DNA of 49,190 bases, counting the filler, from Trypethelium eluteriae (lineage: Eukaryota), in NCBI GenBank assembly GCA_051942245.1. It is 2 parts of 2 records of this genome, joined end to end, with 100 filler letters (N's around TTAATTAATTAA, not from the genome) between each part and the next. Parts side by side here need not be neighbours in the genome. Positions count along the whole stretch, not along the records: positions 24,708 to 49,190 come from JAVECL010000401.1; 1 more part is not named here. The stretch is one strand, 5' to 3'. The notes beneath the pieces are model-generated. The model ran no database searches and had not been told where the DNA came from. It worked only from the letters and a program-made list of their open reading frames with translations. Position 1 is the first letter of the stretch; each line of letters starts with the position of its first letter. This document shows positions 24,708-36,955 of this stretch, one piece after another. Made by a program: the position numbers and the translations under genes.

Positions 24708-25502
24708 ATCGCCGACCTCTACGCCCTGCCCCAATCGCCGTCCTCGCTCTCACTGATCGCACGTCAAGGGTCGGGCTCCGCATGCCGGTCGCTACTCGGG
24801 GGCTTCGTCGGGTGGAACGTAGGGACCGCGCCCGACGGCTCCGACTCGAAGGCGTACGAAGTGGCGCCGGCAGCGCACTGGGCGGAGCTGCGGGCGATCA
24901 TTCTGGTGGCGAGCGCGGCGAAGAAGAGCGTGAGCAGCACGGCGGGGATGCAGGCGACGGTGGCGACGAGTCCGCTGTTTCGGGTGCGGGCGGCGGAGCT
25001 GGTGCCGGCGCGCATGGGGGCGATGGAGGAGGCGATTCGGAGGAGGGATTTTGAGGCGTTTGGCGCGTTGACCATGAAGGAGAGTAATAATTTCCATGCT
25101 ACCTGCTTGGATACCGAGCCGCCGATTCTGTATCTCAATGATACGAGTCGGGCGGCGATACGAGCGGCGGAGGGGATCAATAAGGCGGCGGGGAAGGTTG
25201 TGGCGGCGTATACGTTTGATGCAGGCCCGAATGCGGTCGTGTATTATGTAGAGGGCGATACAGAGAGAGTGGCTGGGAGCTTCAAGCGCATTCTTGCGAA
25301 TGTCGATGGCTGGGATGGAGACAGGGGATGGGCGGTGCAAGGACAGGGCTTGGAGGGTGCGATTGAGGAGAGCACGGCTGAGGCGTTGAAGGAAGGCGTG
25401 AGTAGAGTCATTTTAACCGGGGTGGGGGAGGGCCCGATGAAGACGGAGCGACATCTGGTGGATGAAAAGGGGGAAGAAGTACTGAATATGGAAGGAAGCT
25501 GA
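24708..25502 (+). CDS. MVD1: Diphosphomevalonate decarboxylase, C-terminal part (5' end lost in the gap)
   Basis: IADLYALPQSPSSLSLIARQGSGSACRSLLGGFV.W, KKSVSSTAGMQATVATS, TMKESNNFHATCLDTEPPILYLND, AYTFDAGPNAV and VSRVILTGVGEGP. Confidence 0.95.
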   Translation: MADLYALPQSPSSLSLIARQGSGSACRSLLGGFVGWNVGTAPDGSDSKAYEVAPAAHWAELRAIILVASAAKKSVSSTAGMQATVATSPLFRVRAAELVPARMGAMEEAIRRRDFEAFGALTMKESNNFHATCLDTEPPILYLNDTSRAAIRAAEGINKAAGKVVAAYTFDAGPNAVVYYVEGDTERVAGSFKRILANVDGWDGDRGWAVQGQGLEGAIEESTAEALKEGVSRVILTGVGEGPMKTERHLVDEKGEEVLNMEGS

Positions 25503-25837
25503 GTTTTGTAAGGTATATCATGATGCATGAGATGATTCACTATTCTATGCTGTAGGAATTCCTCAATAGAAATCCATATTCACAATTTTTAGAATGGCTT
25601 CGACCAACTCCGCAAACTCCTGCTTCCCCCGAGCAACCGCCGCAAAACTGCAGAATCATATCATACTTCTATGACATGCCAAAGACAATACCCTCATCTA
25701 AGCCATACAGACCGTATAGAATCCATGCTCCATCGCCCATTCAATGCAAAAGTCGTCCATTGAAGATATCGGTGACCAGTCGATGATGCAGACTTTTCGG
25801 CCCCACCATTGACTGCCAGAGAGACTGCTTCGATGTG

Positions 25838-28507
25838 TCATCGACTCAGCAGCACACCATTACTCCCGCCGCTGCCTTTGCCATTTGCATATGGATGTGG
25901 TGGAAGCGAACTTCCATCATTAACCTTGGGCAGTTGCGATTGCACAGCGGAGGGCGGAGGCTTCGGTGGTAGGGATGCGGGTGCACCCCATTTTGCAATG
26001 GTGCTTTGAGGATTCTGAGCTGGAGGCAAGGAAGGGTTGCTAGACGTGGGCGAGCGACAGGAGGATTGAGGGGCCTGAAAGCTGGTATGAACTTGAGATG
26101 GTTGACGTTGGACCGTTCCATTGGACTGAGCAATCCGCGGGGAGCCAAAGGAAGCATTGGATTGGCTTGAGCTTTGACGCTGTACATTGTTGGCAGGCGT
26201 AAAGGCTGCAAGGTTGTTAAGCGAAGGTGAGCTCATTTGTGGCATCATGCCATAGGGCTGCGCGCTTGCGACCATCTGATGAGGAACAAATGATTGGCTC
26301 TGGGGGTTAAATTGCTGTCTGTTGAAGCTTCCAGGCACTGGATGTTGGTTTTGGGGAGACTTTCCATTTGCCAACCCCTGAGGGAGCTGCCCGTACGGGT
26401 AAGAATTTTGAGATTGAGAGGCCTGAGGCACATAAGGAGTTTGACCAGGGTAGAATAATTGGCCAGATTGAACTGGGGTTTGATAGGGCACTTGCGACCA
26501 CATGGCAGTCTGCTGCTGCTGAGACGTTGGTCGAGATATTTCCTGGAAAGTGTCTTGAAAGGCTGGGCCGTAATTCGATGCAGGTTGAGGAGAGTATCCG
26601 TTATGAGGCTGGAAGGACATCTGTTGCAAGGCAGAGTTCAGGTTGAAAGTCTGGTCTGGTACGGGACCGTAAGATTGAGAATCTTGGCCATTGCTGTAGG
26701 TAGGGAACTGTTGACTCTGCCATGTGTTCTGCCCTACTGGAGCCTGTTGAACCATTGCGGGATATCCGGAACTGTACGAGAAAGACTGCAGATTGCCCGT
26801 TGGCGAAGACTGCTGTGACACAGTGTTATAGGTAGAATAAGCGGTGTAGGCAGAGCCGTCTCCAACGCCAAATCCATTCATTGGGAAGGGGGAGGGGTAG
26901 TATGGTTCGTACTGAGAGCGTAACTCAAATCCATCATCAGAGTTTTTCCGCTGTTTGTTCTTCCCTTTCTTCTTCCCATTGGCGGAGCTGGAGCGTGAAT
27001 TGTCCTTCTCTTCACCTACGTTGGTCTTTTCAGCCACATCATTTGCAGAATGGTCTGGACCAAAGATTCGCTCCTTGGCTTGCTTGTATGCAATCTCCTT
27101 TTCTTCTCGGGTTCTCGGTACTTTCGGTTTTGAGTCCTTTTCAGGCCCACTGTCGCCATCACCGTTGCTTGCAACCTTCAATAGATCTTCTGCTTTATGT
27201 CCGTTGTGGTTCCCGGTTTTCGAATTGCCAACATCACCACGACGCATGATCTTGGGTGCCATCACGTTCGGTGGAGGCGTGTTAGCAGAAGTCGAAGGAT
27301 TGGACGGTCCTGTTAGTGGTCGAGGACTATATTTCATTAGTACGATGTCTGTCCGTCAAATGTCTGAATCGCACATACATTCTGCAGAATGGCGTTCTAT
27401 AGATCCGGACTGCATTTATCGAGCTATCTAGGGCATGTCCTAGTAAATAATAGTCTGCCAGACGATGAGCAAGCATTCTGTAAAAACCATTGCATTGCGG
27501 CAAGTCGAGTGAGCTCTCCCTGTTAAAGCCATCAGTAGCTGAAGATGCACCGTAGCTCCCTGATACGTACTGTTTATCCTTGACGAAATCAATAAAATCT
27601 TGCTCAAGCTTCATGACAAACAATCGATCTCGGGGAGATTCCACAGCCTCCAGCAGTTTTTCGTCTGGGATTGGATCAACCGTCTCCGGAGGAGTTCCAA
27701 CCAAAGTAGAAGACTGCAGTGGCAAGGGTTGCGATTGTACAATGGAAGGATTGAAAAGCATTGGGGGTCCATTACTTTGACTTGGGGGTTGGGCCACTTT
27801 AACAACTGGTGGTCCTCGATTGGGTACTGGTCCCATAGCAGCAATCTCATGTAGTTGATCGTGAAAGGCACGAGTACCATGATCGGACCCGACTCTTGAC
27901 CCAGGTGCATTTGAACTGGGGGGAGAGAAGACATCTTCCTCATCAGTGGCTTTGACGCTAGCGCTGTCGTCAGGACGAAGGGATTCCTTTTCGTCTAATG
28001 CAAAAGTTGTACCAGAGGTCACACTTTTGCCATCCAGACTCGGAGGCTTAGCAGAGCTATCAGAAGAGAGCTGAGTGCTCCCATCATCACCATGAGCTGC
28101 TTTCAACAATCCTTCGGCTCGGCGCGGGCCCTCGGCACTCTTCGTGTCAGCTTTATGCTGCTGGTCCCTGGCCTGCAGGATTCCCACAGAAGTTGGAGGC
28201 GTATGGTTATCATTATTCGTAAGGTCTTTGCTATGGTGGTTCAATATAACGCTCGTGACGGGCGGCTTCTGAGAATCAGAATTAAGAGCGGGTCCCGAAG
28301 TATCCTGCTGTGCTGGTTTAGCCTCTGCCAAGTTCGTTGGCGGCTTTGTATTAGAAGTGGATTCCCTGGGTTTTGGAGGTACATAGGCAGAAGCTGCGAC
28401 CTATTTTGCTGTTAGAAGTCGCGACAAATGAGCAGGCTGGAGAGCAGAGTAATTTTCACCTTTGCAAACGATGGCTTTGAAGATGTTTCCGTGGTTCTCG
28501 ATGCCAT
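25838..28507 (-). CDS. R3H- and SUZ-domain RNA-binding protein with a Q/P/S-rich low-complexity C-terminus
   Basis: Exon 1 MASRTTETSSKPSFAK; introns 28459-28401, 27570-27520 and 27378-27327. R3H: DRLFVMKLEQDFIDFV...LPQCNGFYRMLAHRLADYYLLGH. SUZ: PKIMRR...TREEKEIAYKQAKERIFG. C-terminal IAKWGAPASLPPKPP. Confidence 0.88.
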
Positions 28508-29752
28508 TGCAAAGACTGATTTCGTCACCAAGCACACGAGATTACCGAGGGGGCGAGGTCCTGCCAACCAAGAACTCCGTGCCTGAAGTAGTGAAACGAA
28601 GACGAATGAATGTGGCGGTTGCAACTAGGCAGACCATTCAACTGGGAGCTTGCTCAAGGAAAATGGTTAAGAGAATGGCCAGGAATCTGGACATGGTTGA
28701 GCGCCGACATGGATTGCGATGCTGATATTTCCTGATTCTTGCAAGGGCGCGCGTTGAGAGTGGTTTGCGCAAATGGCGAACAGGATTGATATATAACGGA
28801 CTTCAGTGCAGATACAGCACAGGGTATTTTCCGAGTCCAACGGTGTGACAGGTGTGCTTGCTGCGGTGGAACTTGGGCAGCTGAAGTGCGCGAGTGCCGT
28901 CGGGGAGTGGGCTTGGGTTGCAGCAGAGACAAATGACGAGGCGGCCTGCAAAGACCGTTTGTCCCCAGTGGCATGAATGATCCCCTGCTCGGAGGACAGG
29001 TATTTCCGATGCGATAATTTCCAACCTCCTTGGTTCAGTGATGTTTAAATTTCGTGCAATTCTGATTCGCACCAACCAGGGAATTCTCATTACTCAGGGT
29101 GACAGTCATGCGGAGCTGCTTGCACAGGTGCATTTCCCCGCCTCCTTATCCATCGCGGCGTATGGAAGTCAGGATCTTACTCTTTTCATACCTTAGTAAA
29201 TGTGGCGATGATGGATTGAATTCGTTGGTCATGACATAAAGAGATATACCTTTCGTTAACTATGAAACATTTACGATGAGACATCTTTTCTACGACTCCA
29301 TTCTCATGCTGAAATCTATCTGCCGCTCGACATTGGTTTACCTGACGCTTGATCGAGGGGATATTCACTTGCTCTGATATATTTTAGGTAGCTATACATC
29401 TTTTCTAAACCGTTCAACAGGGGTCAAAGGATACTTGTAAATCGTAAATGCCCGTTGATTAATAAAGCCCAGTCATGCTACACTATCTAATAAGAAGAAA
29501 TAAAAGTAAACGGCCTGCTGGTAGTCTCGTGATGCATTATTAGGAGACCCAGAGAGACAGGCAAAGGAGAAATGCTAGGCTGACTGCTGAGGGTCCCTGC
29601 AGAGGACATCGGGCCAGAACCTTTCTTTAACATCCATTGTGTTGATCTTCCGTCACAAGCCACTCGTACCTCGACACGCACTCATTTCCCTCGACGGGCC
29701 GCTATAATATAACCACCATCGTTTGCGAAACCCACCTGGATTCCAAGACAAA

Positions 29753-30884
29753 ATGCTCCGCGACCGTCGATATGGCGGTGCCAGCAAAGCGACTTCCTCA
29801 ACTGTCTGCCAGAAATGTCTAAAACGAGATACGTCCATTTCTAGCTACACCCAGCCTAATTTATTAATACCCGAGTCCCAGCTAACATCCTCTCACGGCA
29901 CTATAGCTATGAGTGCAAGGCAACCCCACAAGACCGTCCCTATGCAGCGCGTCCGTCCCGCACACAGCAGCTTATGAATCCGAAACTTGTTCCACAGCTA
30001 ACCAGCGATGTTCCGAATGAGCTCAACCGCAAGTAAGCTCATCTAAGATCCGAATGTTCCAGAATACACACTTGTTTCTAATGCTACCATCACCCATGAA
30101 GAAACTGTATCTAATCACCTGATGTAGAATAGGCGTCGCAGACGAACACCTTGCCCAGCTCGCTGCCTCTCGCGGCCGCAAACGCTCCCGTTCCCTCAAT
30201 GATAACGACACCAGCATGAGCCCAGATCGCAAGCGCTCTCGTTCGCGCTCCGTTTCTACGTCCTCCACCACGTCCGTCGCCACCATATCGACTCGCTCCT
30301 CCCGCTCCCGCACACCTCGGCGCGACGTCGCAGGAGACGAAGATCGCTACCTCATGTCGCAGCGCAGCGATGATCTCACCTTCCCCACTCGTGCCGTAGC
30401 TGCGCATCACAGCAAGCAAAGCGACAGGAAACGAAGACGGCGTTCGACGAGTTCGCATTCCTCTTCAGACGAAGACGACGAGGCGGATAGGTACAAAGGC
30501 ACGCGAGAGTCCTCACGCGACCGAGAGCGGGAGCGAGACAGAAACACACGACGCCGACGGGCTTCGCGCAGCCCGACACGAAGGGGTCGGGCGAGGAGTC
30601 GCTCTAGGTCTAGAGGGAGACGGATGTCGAGCACAGAGGGCAGGGTGAAGGCGCGGATGGGCAGAAGAGATCCATACGGGGAAGGAGAGGGGCATAGAAT
30701 CGGGCGTGGGGGTAGAGAGCGAAAGGATAGGGCAACAGGCGAACGAGAAACGAAACACTTTGATGAAGAGAGTGCGAAGAAGCCTCGTCACAAATCCCAG
30801 CGGCAGCAAAGAAAGGAGCGCAGTCTGAGTCCGTACAGCAGACGGCTGGCTTTGACGCAAGCGTTAGGCAGGGGAGGTTCATGA
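29753..30884 (+). CDS. Zinc-knuckle (CCHC) protein with an Arg/Ser-rich tail, SREK1IP1/ZCCHC10-like putative splicing factor
   Basis: CQKCLKRG|HYSYEC followed by RPYAARPSRTQQLMNPKL, if intron 29829-29896 (AT..AC) is removed. Intron 2 is 30033-30127 (GTAAGC..CTAAT..TAG), giving K|IGVADE. The tail is RS/RD-rich and ends in ERSLSPYSRRLALTQA. Confidence 0.85.
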
Positions 30885-31125
30885 TAGCCTCGCTTAACCA
30901 TTGCTTAGAAAATATGAAAGGTTTCAAAGAACATTATCTTGTATTGCATGTAAGAATCGAGTCGCCCCGAGCGCCGCGCTTCCATTCGCAAGCCCCACAT
31001 CGCCGTGCTGTCATACTCTTGTACAAATACACATCTCATAGTCGTACGCAGTTTGCGTCACAATAAAATAACACTCAATACGGCCTCATTCTCGCTCTTC
31101 AGCATTATTATTCCCCAGGGACTCC

Positions 31126-31477
31126 CTAGTAACGGTGGTGACTTCCCCTCCCATCAGTTCCATGCATGCGCCTCGTTCCCGCAGCCTGACACATATTAGT
31201 CAATCAATGTATCTATGCAGACTGATAATAGAGTAGGCGCTGGGTAACTTACCTTCTTCCCAGGTCTCCTCGTCAACGAACCCTGCAGCTTCATCAGCGC
31301 GCCCGAGATCTTGTCGCCAAGCGTTGCGTGGCGCTTATGATGGTGCGCCGGGGCTCGAGCCGTGGTTGTAGTATGGTGATGAGCTGTGCCATGACGTCGA
31401 CCACGGAGGCGAGACATAAGGGAGGGCCTATTGCGAGTTGTGGTGGTGGTACGGGTAGTGCGGGTGGTGGTGGTCAT
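31126..31477 (-). CDS. Small basic Thr/His/Arg-rich conserved fungal hypothetical protein
   Basis: ...KRHATLGDKISGALMKLQGSLTRRPGKK|AAGTRRMHGTDGRGSHHRY*, with intron 31252-31186 (GTAAGT..CTAAT..CAG). Confidence 0.8.
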
Positions 31478-33156
31478 GTTGGCTTTTTTCTCTCTGGAGG
31501 TAACGCGTCTGAGAGTATTTATGCTCGTGTTTTGAGAGATTTAAAGCGTAGACGATCGTTCGAAAAATCTTATGAACAGGAGGGAGCTTTAGAATAGGGT
31601 CAAGGCGAGGTTTTTATTCTTGCTAGGTTCGAAGTTGTGACGCTTGAACCTGACCTGTCGCCATGAATCTTATCCCAGATACGTCATTTTGCCAAGCAAC
31701 CAAGGGTCCCTCAACCTGTTTGCACCCCAGTCACCACCCTAATTCTAGCCTAGAAGCATAATGATAAGTATGATGTAGCTCCTGTCCGTATGATTATTAG
31801 CCTTAGGCAGCTAGTAACAAATCTTGTCCAGTTGTGCAGAGGAAATACTCCTGCGTAGTCAGAGGCCACGGCTATGACGTGGAACTTTTCCTCTTCTCCT
31901 TTTCCCTTCTTTCTCTTCTACCTCTGCGTACACCACTTCACACGTTAGTCAACCTCTCATCTCATTCAGGACTCTAGATGTAGCTGCTTTCGGAGTGTCG
32001 CAGGTACTGCAAAAAGTGAGAGGACCGGCCTACCATTCTTTATATTCTCTTTCCAGTCATGATCACTTCATTACATTCATAAAACGAAGAGTACTATTCA
32101 GGCAAGAGATCTTAGAAAAGTCCCCATACAAGCCCATAGCGGTCACAGAACTTATCGATCCCTTAACATTGACAGAGTTTTGGTGCATCCAATATGAACC
32201 ACATTTTCGGATCAATGTTGAGCTTGCGTCTGTGGCGTCGGACTTGGATTGCCTTTGCTTCTTTTTTCCTATCTCTGAAACCGCATGTTGCAGCCCTCAC
32301 TGCGTCTTCACCACACAAGCTACAAGCCAAATCTACACAGCCACGATGCTAGCTCCATCGAACAACATCGATCCCACCATCTCAGGCAACATCGTAAAGG
32401 CTCTTGACATGGTTGAGTATGCAGTATCTACGGCGTGAGGCACATTTACTAGTGATTAGAACCACTCTTTTCAAGGTGGCTATACGGACCACCAGGCGTG
32501 TTACTTGCAAGCTTCTTCGCCAGGGGGAATCGAGCGCAAGTGATAAGATGTCGATCGGAGTGGTAGATTTGATGTATGCTGGCAATGGATCTTTTTGGCA
32601 TTCCGAGAAGAGTCAGAGGGTCTTCAGACGAGTCTACGCCCTCACATGAAGTCCAACTCATTATGCAAACTAGATTCATCCCAGACAATCTAACTGAAGC
32701 CTGCCTAATTTTCACCTTCACCAAGAGCTTGCACCACAGCATAGCCACTGAATACCCGTGTTTTAGCAAGCGAACTCAAGCATCTACTTACGTGCCTAGG
32801 AGCTTTGACGCGGTCGCGACGGGTCTCTGCCCTCCACTACGAGCACGCCAACAACAATATCTGCATCCGTTTAGCATGAATGTATCAAATCACAAATCTC
32901 TTGCCCAAATCTATCTATTCATGACCGCGCTAGTTTTCCCGCGAAAGTCATGATTGGCTTTCCGGACAATTCTTCACAAGCTTGATTTTCTTCTGTTCTG
33001 AGCCTTTTTGTGAAGGTCGTCGAAGACGCATAAGCTAAATGGCAGTCGTGAACGATTGTCACTCTCATATCGCGCAACAAGTAGGAGGTAGCCTTTTCCT
33101 TTTCGACTCTTCTTTTCGTCCCTCCTGCATTCTGGAGCCATTGATATTCCAGTACG

Positions 33157-34279
33157 ATGATTACGGAGCGTCAGCCTCTTGTCGTTATCGTTAATGTTAC
33201 ACTAATCATGTTGACGTTCTCCGCCGCTGGGCTTCGCATTATGGTGAGGACGGTCCATGGACCCGGTCTCTGGTGGGACGATTGGTTGAGTCTCGCAGTA
33301 CTGGTAAAAAAAAATTCCGCTACTCTCCGTGTTTATGACTAGGGCCATCCCCGAAAAACTTTACTAGATTTACTGCTAACGGATCGTCCTGGAGTAGCCC
33401 TTCTGCATCTTTGTGAGCGTGCTCTCGCTCAACAGCCTATCGTATGGGTTTGGACGGCACAATTACGAGGCTACCGCACACGACATTCTTGTATACTTGA
33501 AGTGCTTCTACATCGGCACCTTCCTTTGTCAGACCGGTCTTGCTTTGACGAAAGTTTCCGTGTTGCTATTCTACCGCCGGATATTTCCAACTCGATTCAT
33601 CAAAATACTCTGCTGGATTTTAGGCATCTGCATCATCACATGGGTCATAGGTTAGTAGCACCATATCTTAGTTGTTTCAGGGGCGAAAAGAATGCTCAGT
33701 GCTGCCATGACAGACGTCGATATTGTGTGGGCTCTGCTTTGCTCGCCCACCGAGAAAGCATGGAAGCCGCTCATGCCTGGAAGTTGCATTGACCTTTTAA
33801 GTTTTGTCTGGGGTCAAGCTATTCCCAGCATATTTCTGGACATCTGTCTACTTCTGCTTCCACTTCGCCCCCTATGGAAGCTTCAGATGCCGATCTCGAA
33901 CAAACTCGCATTGACTGGAATATTTGGAGTAGCGCTCTTGTAGGCAACTGAATCGTAACGAGTCGCTCCGAGCTAATTTTGTTAGTGCTATCGCATGCAG
34001 CATCATCCGGTTAGCCATCGTGATATCGCATTTTGGCCACGATGTTACCTGTGAGCTTCTCTCGACAAGCATCATGTTATCTTGAAATTGACGACACTTC
34101 TAGATCAATGGGTACCTGGCATCTTATGGTCAGTGGCGGAACTTGACGTGTGTTTCATATGCTCGTGTCTTCCAGTCATGAAGCCCATGTTTGTATGCTT
34201 GAGCAATCGTCGTCAAACAGCCTGCTCCTCGTCCTTGGTGGAGCAGGGCTCTACTTACTTGGAACATAATCGGGGGTGA
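33157..34279 (+). CDS. PTH11-like integral membrane protein (fungal rhodopsin domain, no CFEM), copy A
   Basis: GLWWDDWL, YGFGRH, TKVSVLLFYRRIF, C.P.EKAW.P...G.C, DICLLLLPL..LWKLQM, IIRL and WSVAELDVCFICSCLP. Introns at 33304-33397, 33651-33713, 33940-33985 and 34051-34103. Confidence 0.85.
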
Positions 34280-35497
34280 AAGAAATGAAACGACTGAAAC
34301 AGCTCGAGTAGCTCTGGAAGAAAACCCTCTACAGTGCAATACGTTTTTGAAGCAGATGATGGCACCTATCACTTATTCGACTTTGTCCGGTCCGAGTGGC
34401 CCTCAGAGCGAATGCGAGGCTTGTAGACACTACGATAGCGTGCAATTGAACCAAGCAGGACGCCAAGTGTGCTGTCTTGCATTGCTATCGTCCTGATGGC
34501 AGAGGCTCGGCTACCTCCAATTCTCCTAGAGTGGGCCCCGTGCTTCCTTCTGACCGTCGGAAATAATCTGCCAAGAAAAGTCGTACAAATCTAGAAGGTT
34601 ATCCTCTGTAATGCATCTGCTGCGGTCTGATATATTTTCCGGTTATATCTACGAAAGACTATTAAGACTAAGAGGCCAGCAGCATAGGTTTTAGTATCAA
34701 TTGCTTTTGGTAAGAATTCCCTGCTTTTCTGACGAGAATTTGAAATGGGAATGAATGCCGAGAAAGTGGAGACGCTCCAGATGATGCGATGCATTCGAGA
34801 ACAATCGCAACAAGGATGAATATCACTCGCAGGAAATTCCATCTTTGTCAAACACGACGCCAAAGTTTGAATGCACATCTGCCATAGCGTCACAGGCTGT
34901 TGGGCAGCCACTTTGTCACCTGCATACGATAGCTTTGAGCCTAAGATCTCCTGCACGCCATCGCTCCGAGCCGCCCTTACACTGCTTCAAGCCCCATCTC
35001 CATTATGCTGGAATTGGAATACAACTCTTCAAATTCGGATCACCACCTTCCGAATAGTAGGAAATTCCGCTAAAATATGTTTCCTGTTCAATCGGAATAA
35101 TTGAGAATCAGAGCGAAAACTTATCCGAAAAAGATAGCTCTATCGGAGCTCTGTTAGAGTGGCAGGATGAGCCGAAACATCGGCTGATAAGAATCATGCC
35201 CTTGCCAAACTAAAATAAACTTGTCACAACTGTGATGTTTTACAAAGGTATTGCAGGTCACTACACCCAAATTGGATATCCCCGGCAAAGGTTAAGACGG
35301 TCTCAGACGCTTTAAAACCTTAAAAATGCGGCGTCGAAACTACTCCAAGGACCGCTCATTCATGAGACCAAGATGTACGATAGAGAGCCGGCCTTGTTTT
35401 TATGGGTCTCAGTCCTTTTCAAACCATAAGTCCTTTCCTTCTTTTTTTCTTGTACCCGCTCGTTCGGAGACGGCACCAACTTAGGCAATTTTTCGCC

Positions 35498-36850
35498 ATG
35501 TATACAGAGCGCCAGCCGCTCATTCTCGGCGTCAGTATCCTGGGGATTCTATTGACTTCGTTCGCTGTCGCATTGCGATTTCTTGCTCGAATTCGTTATG
35601 GAACCGGCTTATGGTGGGACGATTGGCTGATTCTCATAGTTTTGGTATTATCTCACTTTTCTTCGACAAAGTCGGTTTCCCTCATTCCGTAAGATCCGAA
35701 CGCTGACGTATAGGTTCCAGCCTTTCTGCATCAGTATCAGTGGTCTTTCACTGAACGCGATTAATTATGGCTATGGGTTGCATACGACTGAACTTCAGCT
35801 TGAGAATTTACCTCAACTGTTGAAGCTTTTCTACGCTTCTGCATTGTTGTACCAGACCGGTCTAGGGATAATGAAAGCCTCTATTCTCCTTTTTTATTAC
35901 CGGATCTTCCCTACACGGCATGTCATCATTGGCTGTTGGATTTTGGGTGTTCTGGATGCCGCCTGGACAATTGGTAGGTCAAATCACACTGCGAGCAGGT
36001 ATCAATGACAGCTCCGAGGCTAATTATAACAACCTATTAGCCACCAACATTGGTTGGGCCGCGCAGTGTACCCCGATTGAGTCGCTGTGGGAGCCGCTGA
36101 TTCCTGGAAAGTGCATCGACCGCCAATGGTTTATATTGGGGATCGGAATTCCCAACGTCCTCATAGACGTTGGCATTTTTCTTCTGCCTGTCCATTCCGT
36201 CTGGAATCTTCAGATGCCAATTACTAGAAAGGCGGCCGTGTTGGGAATATTCGGAGTCGCGCTATTGTACGGCTATCCATTGTTGAAACCCTGCCTCCAA
36301 GGAAGCTGACTGTCAATAGTGCTGTATGCTGTAGTATTATACGCTTGTCCTTCGTCACGATCGAGTTTGGCGGTAACGATCTCTGTAAGTTGCTCGGTCT
36401 CAGATGTCCAACTAACCGACCTTGTAACTGACCAGAATAGACGCGTGGGTTGTAGGATTGATGTGGTCCACTGCAGAGATCGATGTCGCCGCGATTTGCT
36501 CATGCTTACCTGTTCTGAAACCTCTCTTCTGCACTACTAGGTTCAAGTCGCGAGAAACATCAGAAGATGTTGCCGTAAGGAAATATCGACAAGACAGTAA
36601 AGAGCATAAGATGTACGATACACAGGCCTTTATTGAGCTTGAGAGCCAAGGCTTGTCCAGGGATGATCTGCTACAGGATCCGAAAAGGTCCGGAAGTAAA
36701 TCCGAGCATGTTGAAGGCATCCCAATGGTGGACAGCCCGATTGATGATGTGAAAAGGCCTGAGAAGGCTTTGAGAGCTCAGCCTCCAGCGGCAAAGATGG
36801 AGGCACGCCGAAACGCTCCTTTACCTGCTGTGCCTCTGGATATGATTTGA
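35498..36850 (+). CDS. PTH11-like integral membrane protein (fungal rhodopsin domain, no CFEM), copy B
   Basis: GLWWDDWL, KASILLFYYRIF, QCTPIESLW.P..PGKCID, DVGIFLLPVHSVWNLQM and WSTAEIDVAAICSCLP. Introns at 35645-35720, 35974-36040, 36267-36319 and 36385-36440, at the same positions as in copy A. Confidence 0.88.
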
Positions 36851-36955
36851 ATGACTCGGTGACCCCAGACATCGATTCTTATGGTGAAATGTTATTCTGT
36901 ATCATAATGAATTGTGTAACAACATCAGATTAAGCATACTTGACTGTGTGAAGTA

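Noticed and set aside
29829..29896. Interpretation as a U12 (minor spliceosome) intron
   Set aside because: The donor ATACGT and branch GCTAAC match U2-type fungal consensus, not ATATCCTT/TCCTTAAC.
31995..32953. ORFs of 100-147 aa upstream of the PTH11-like pair
   Set aside because: Non-ATG starts, no recognisable motifs, and no consistent exon chain could be built.
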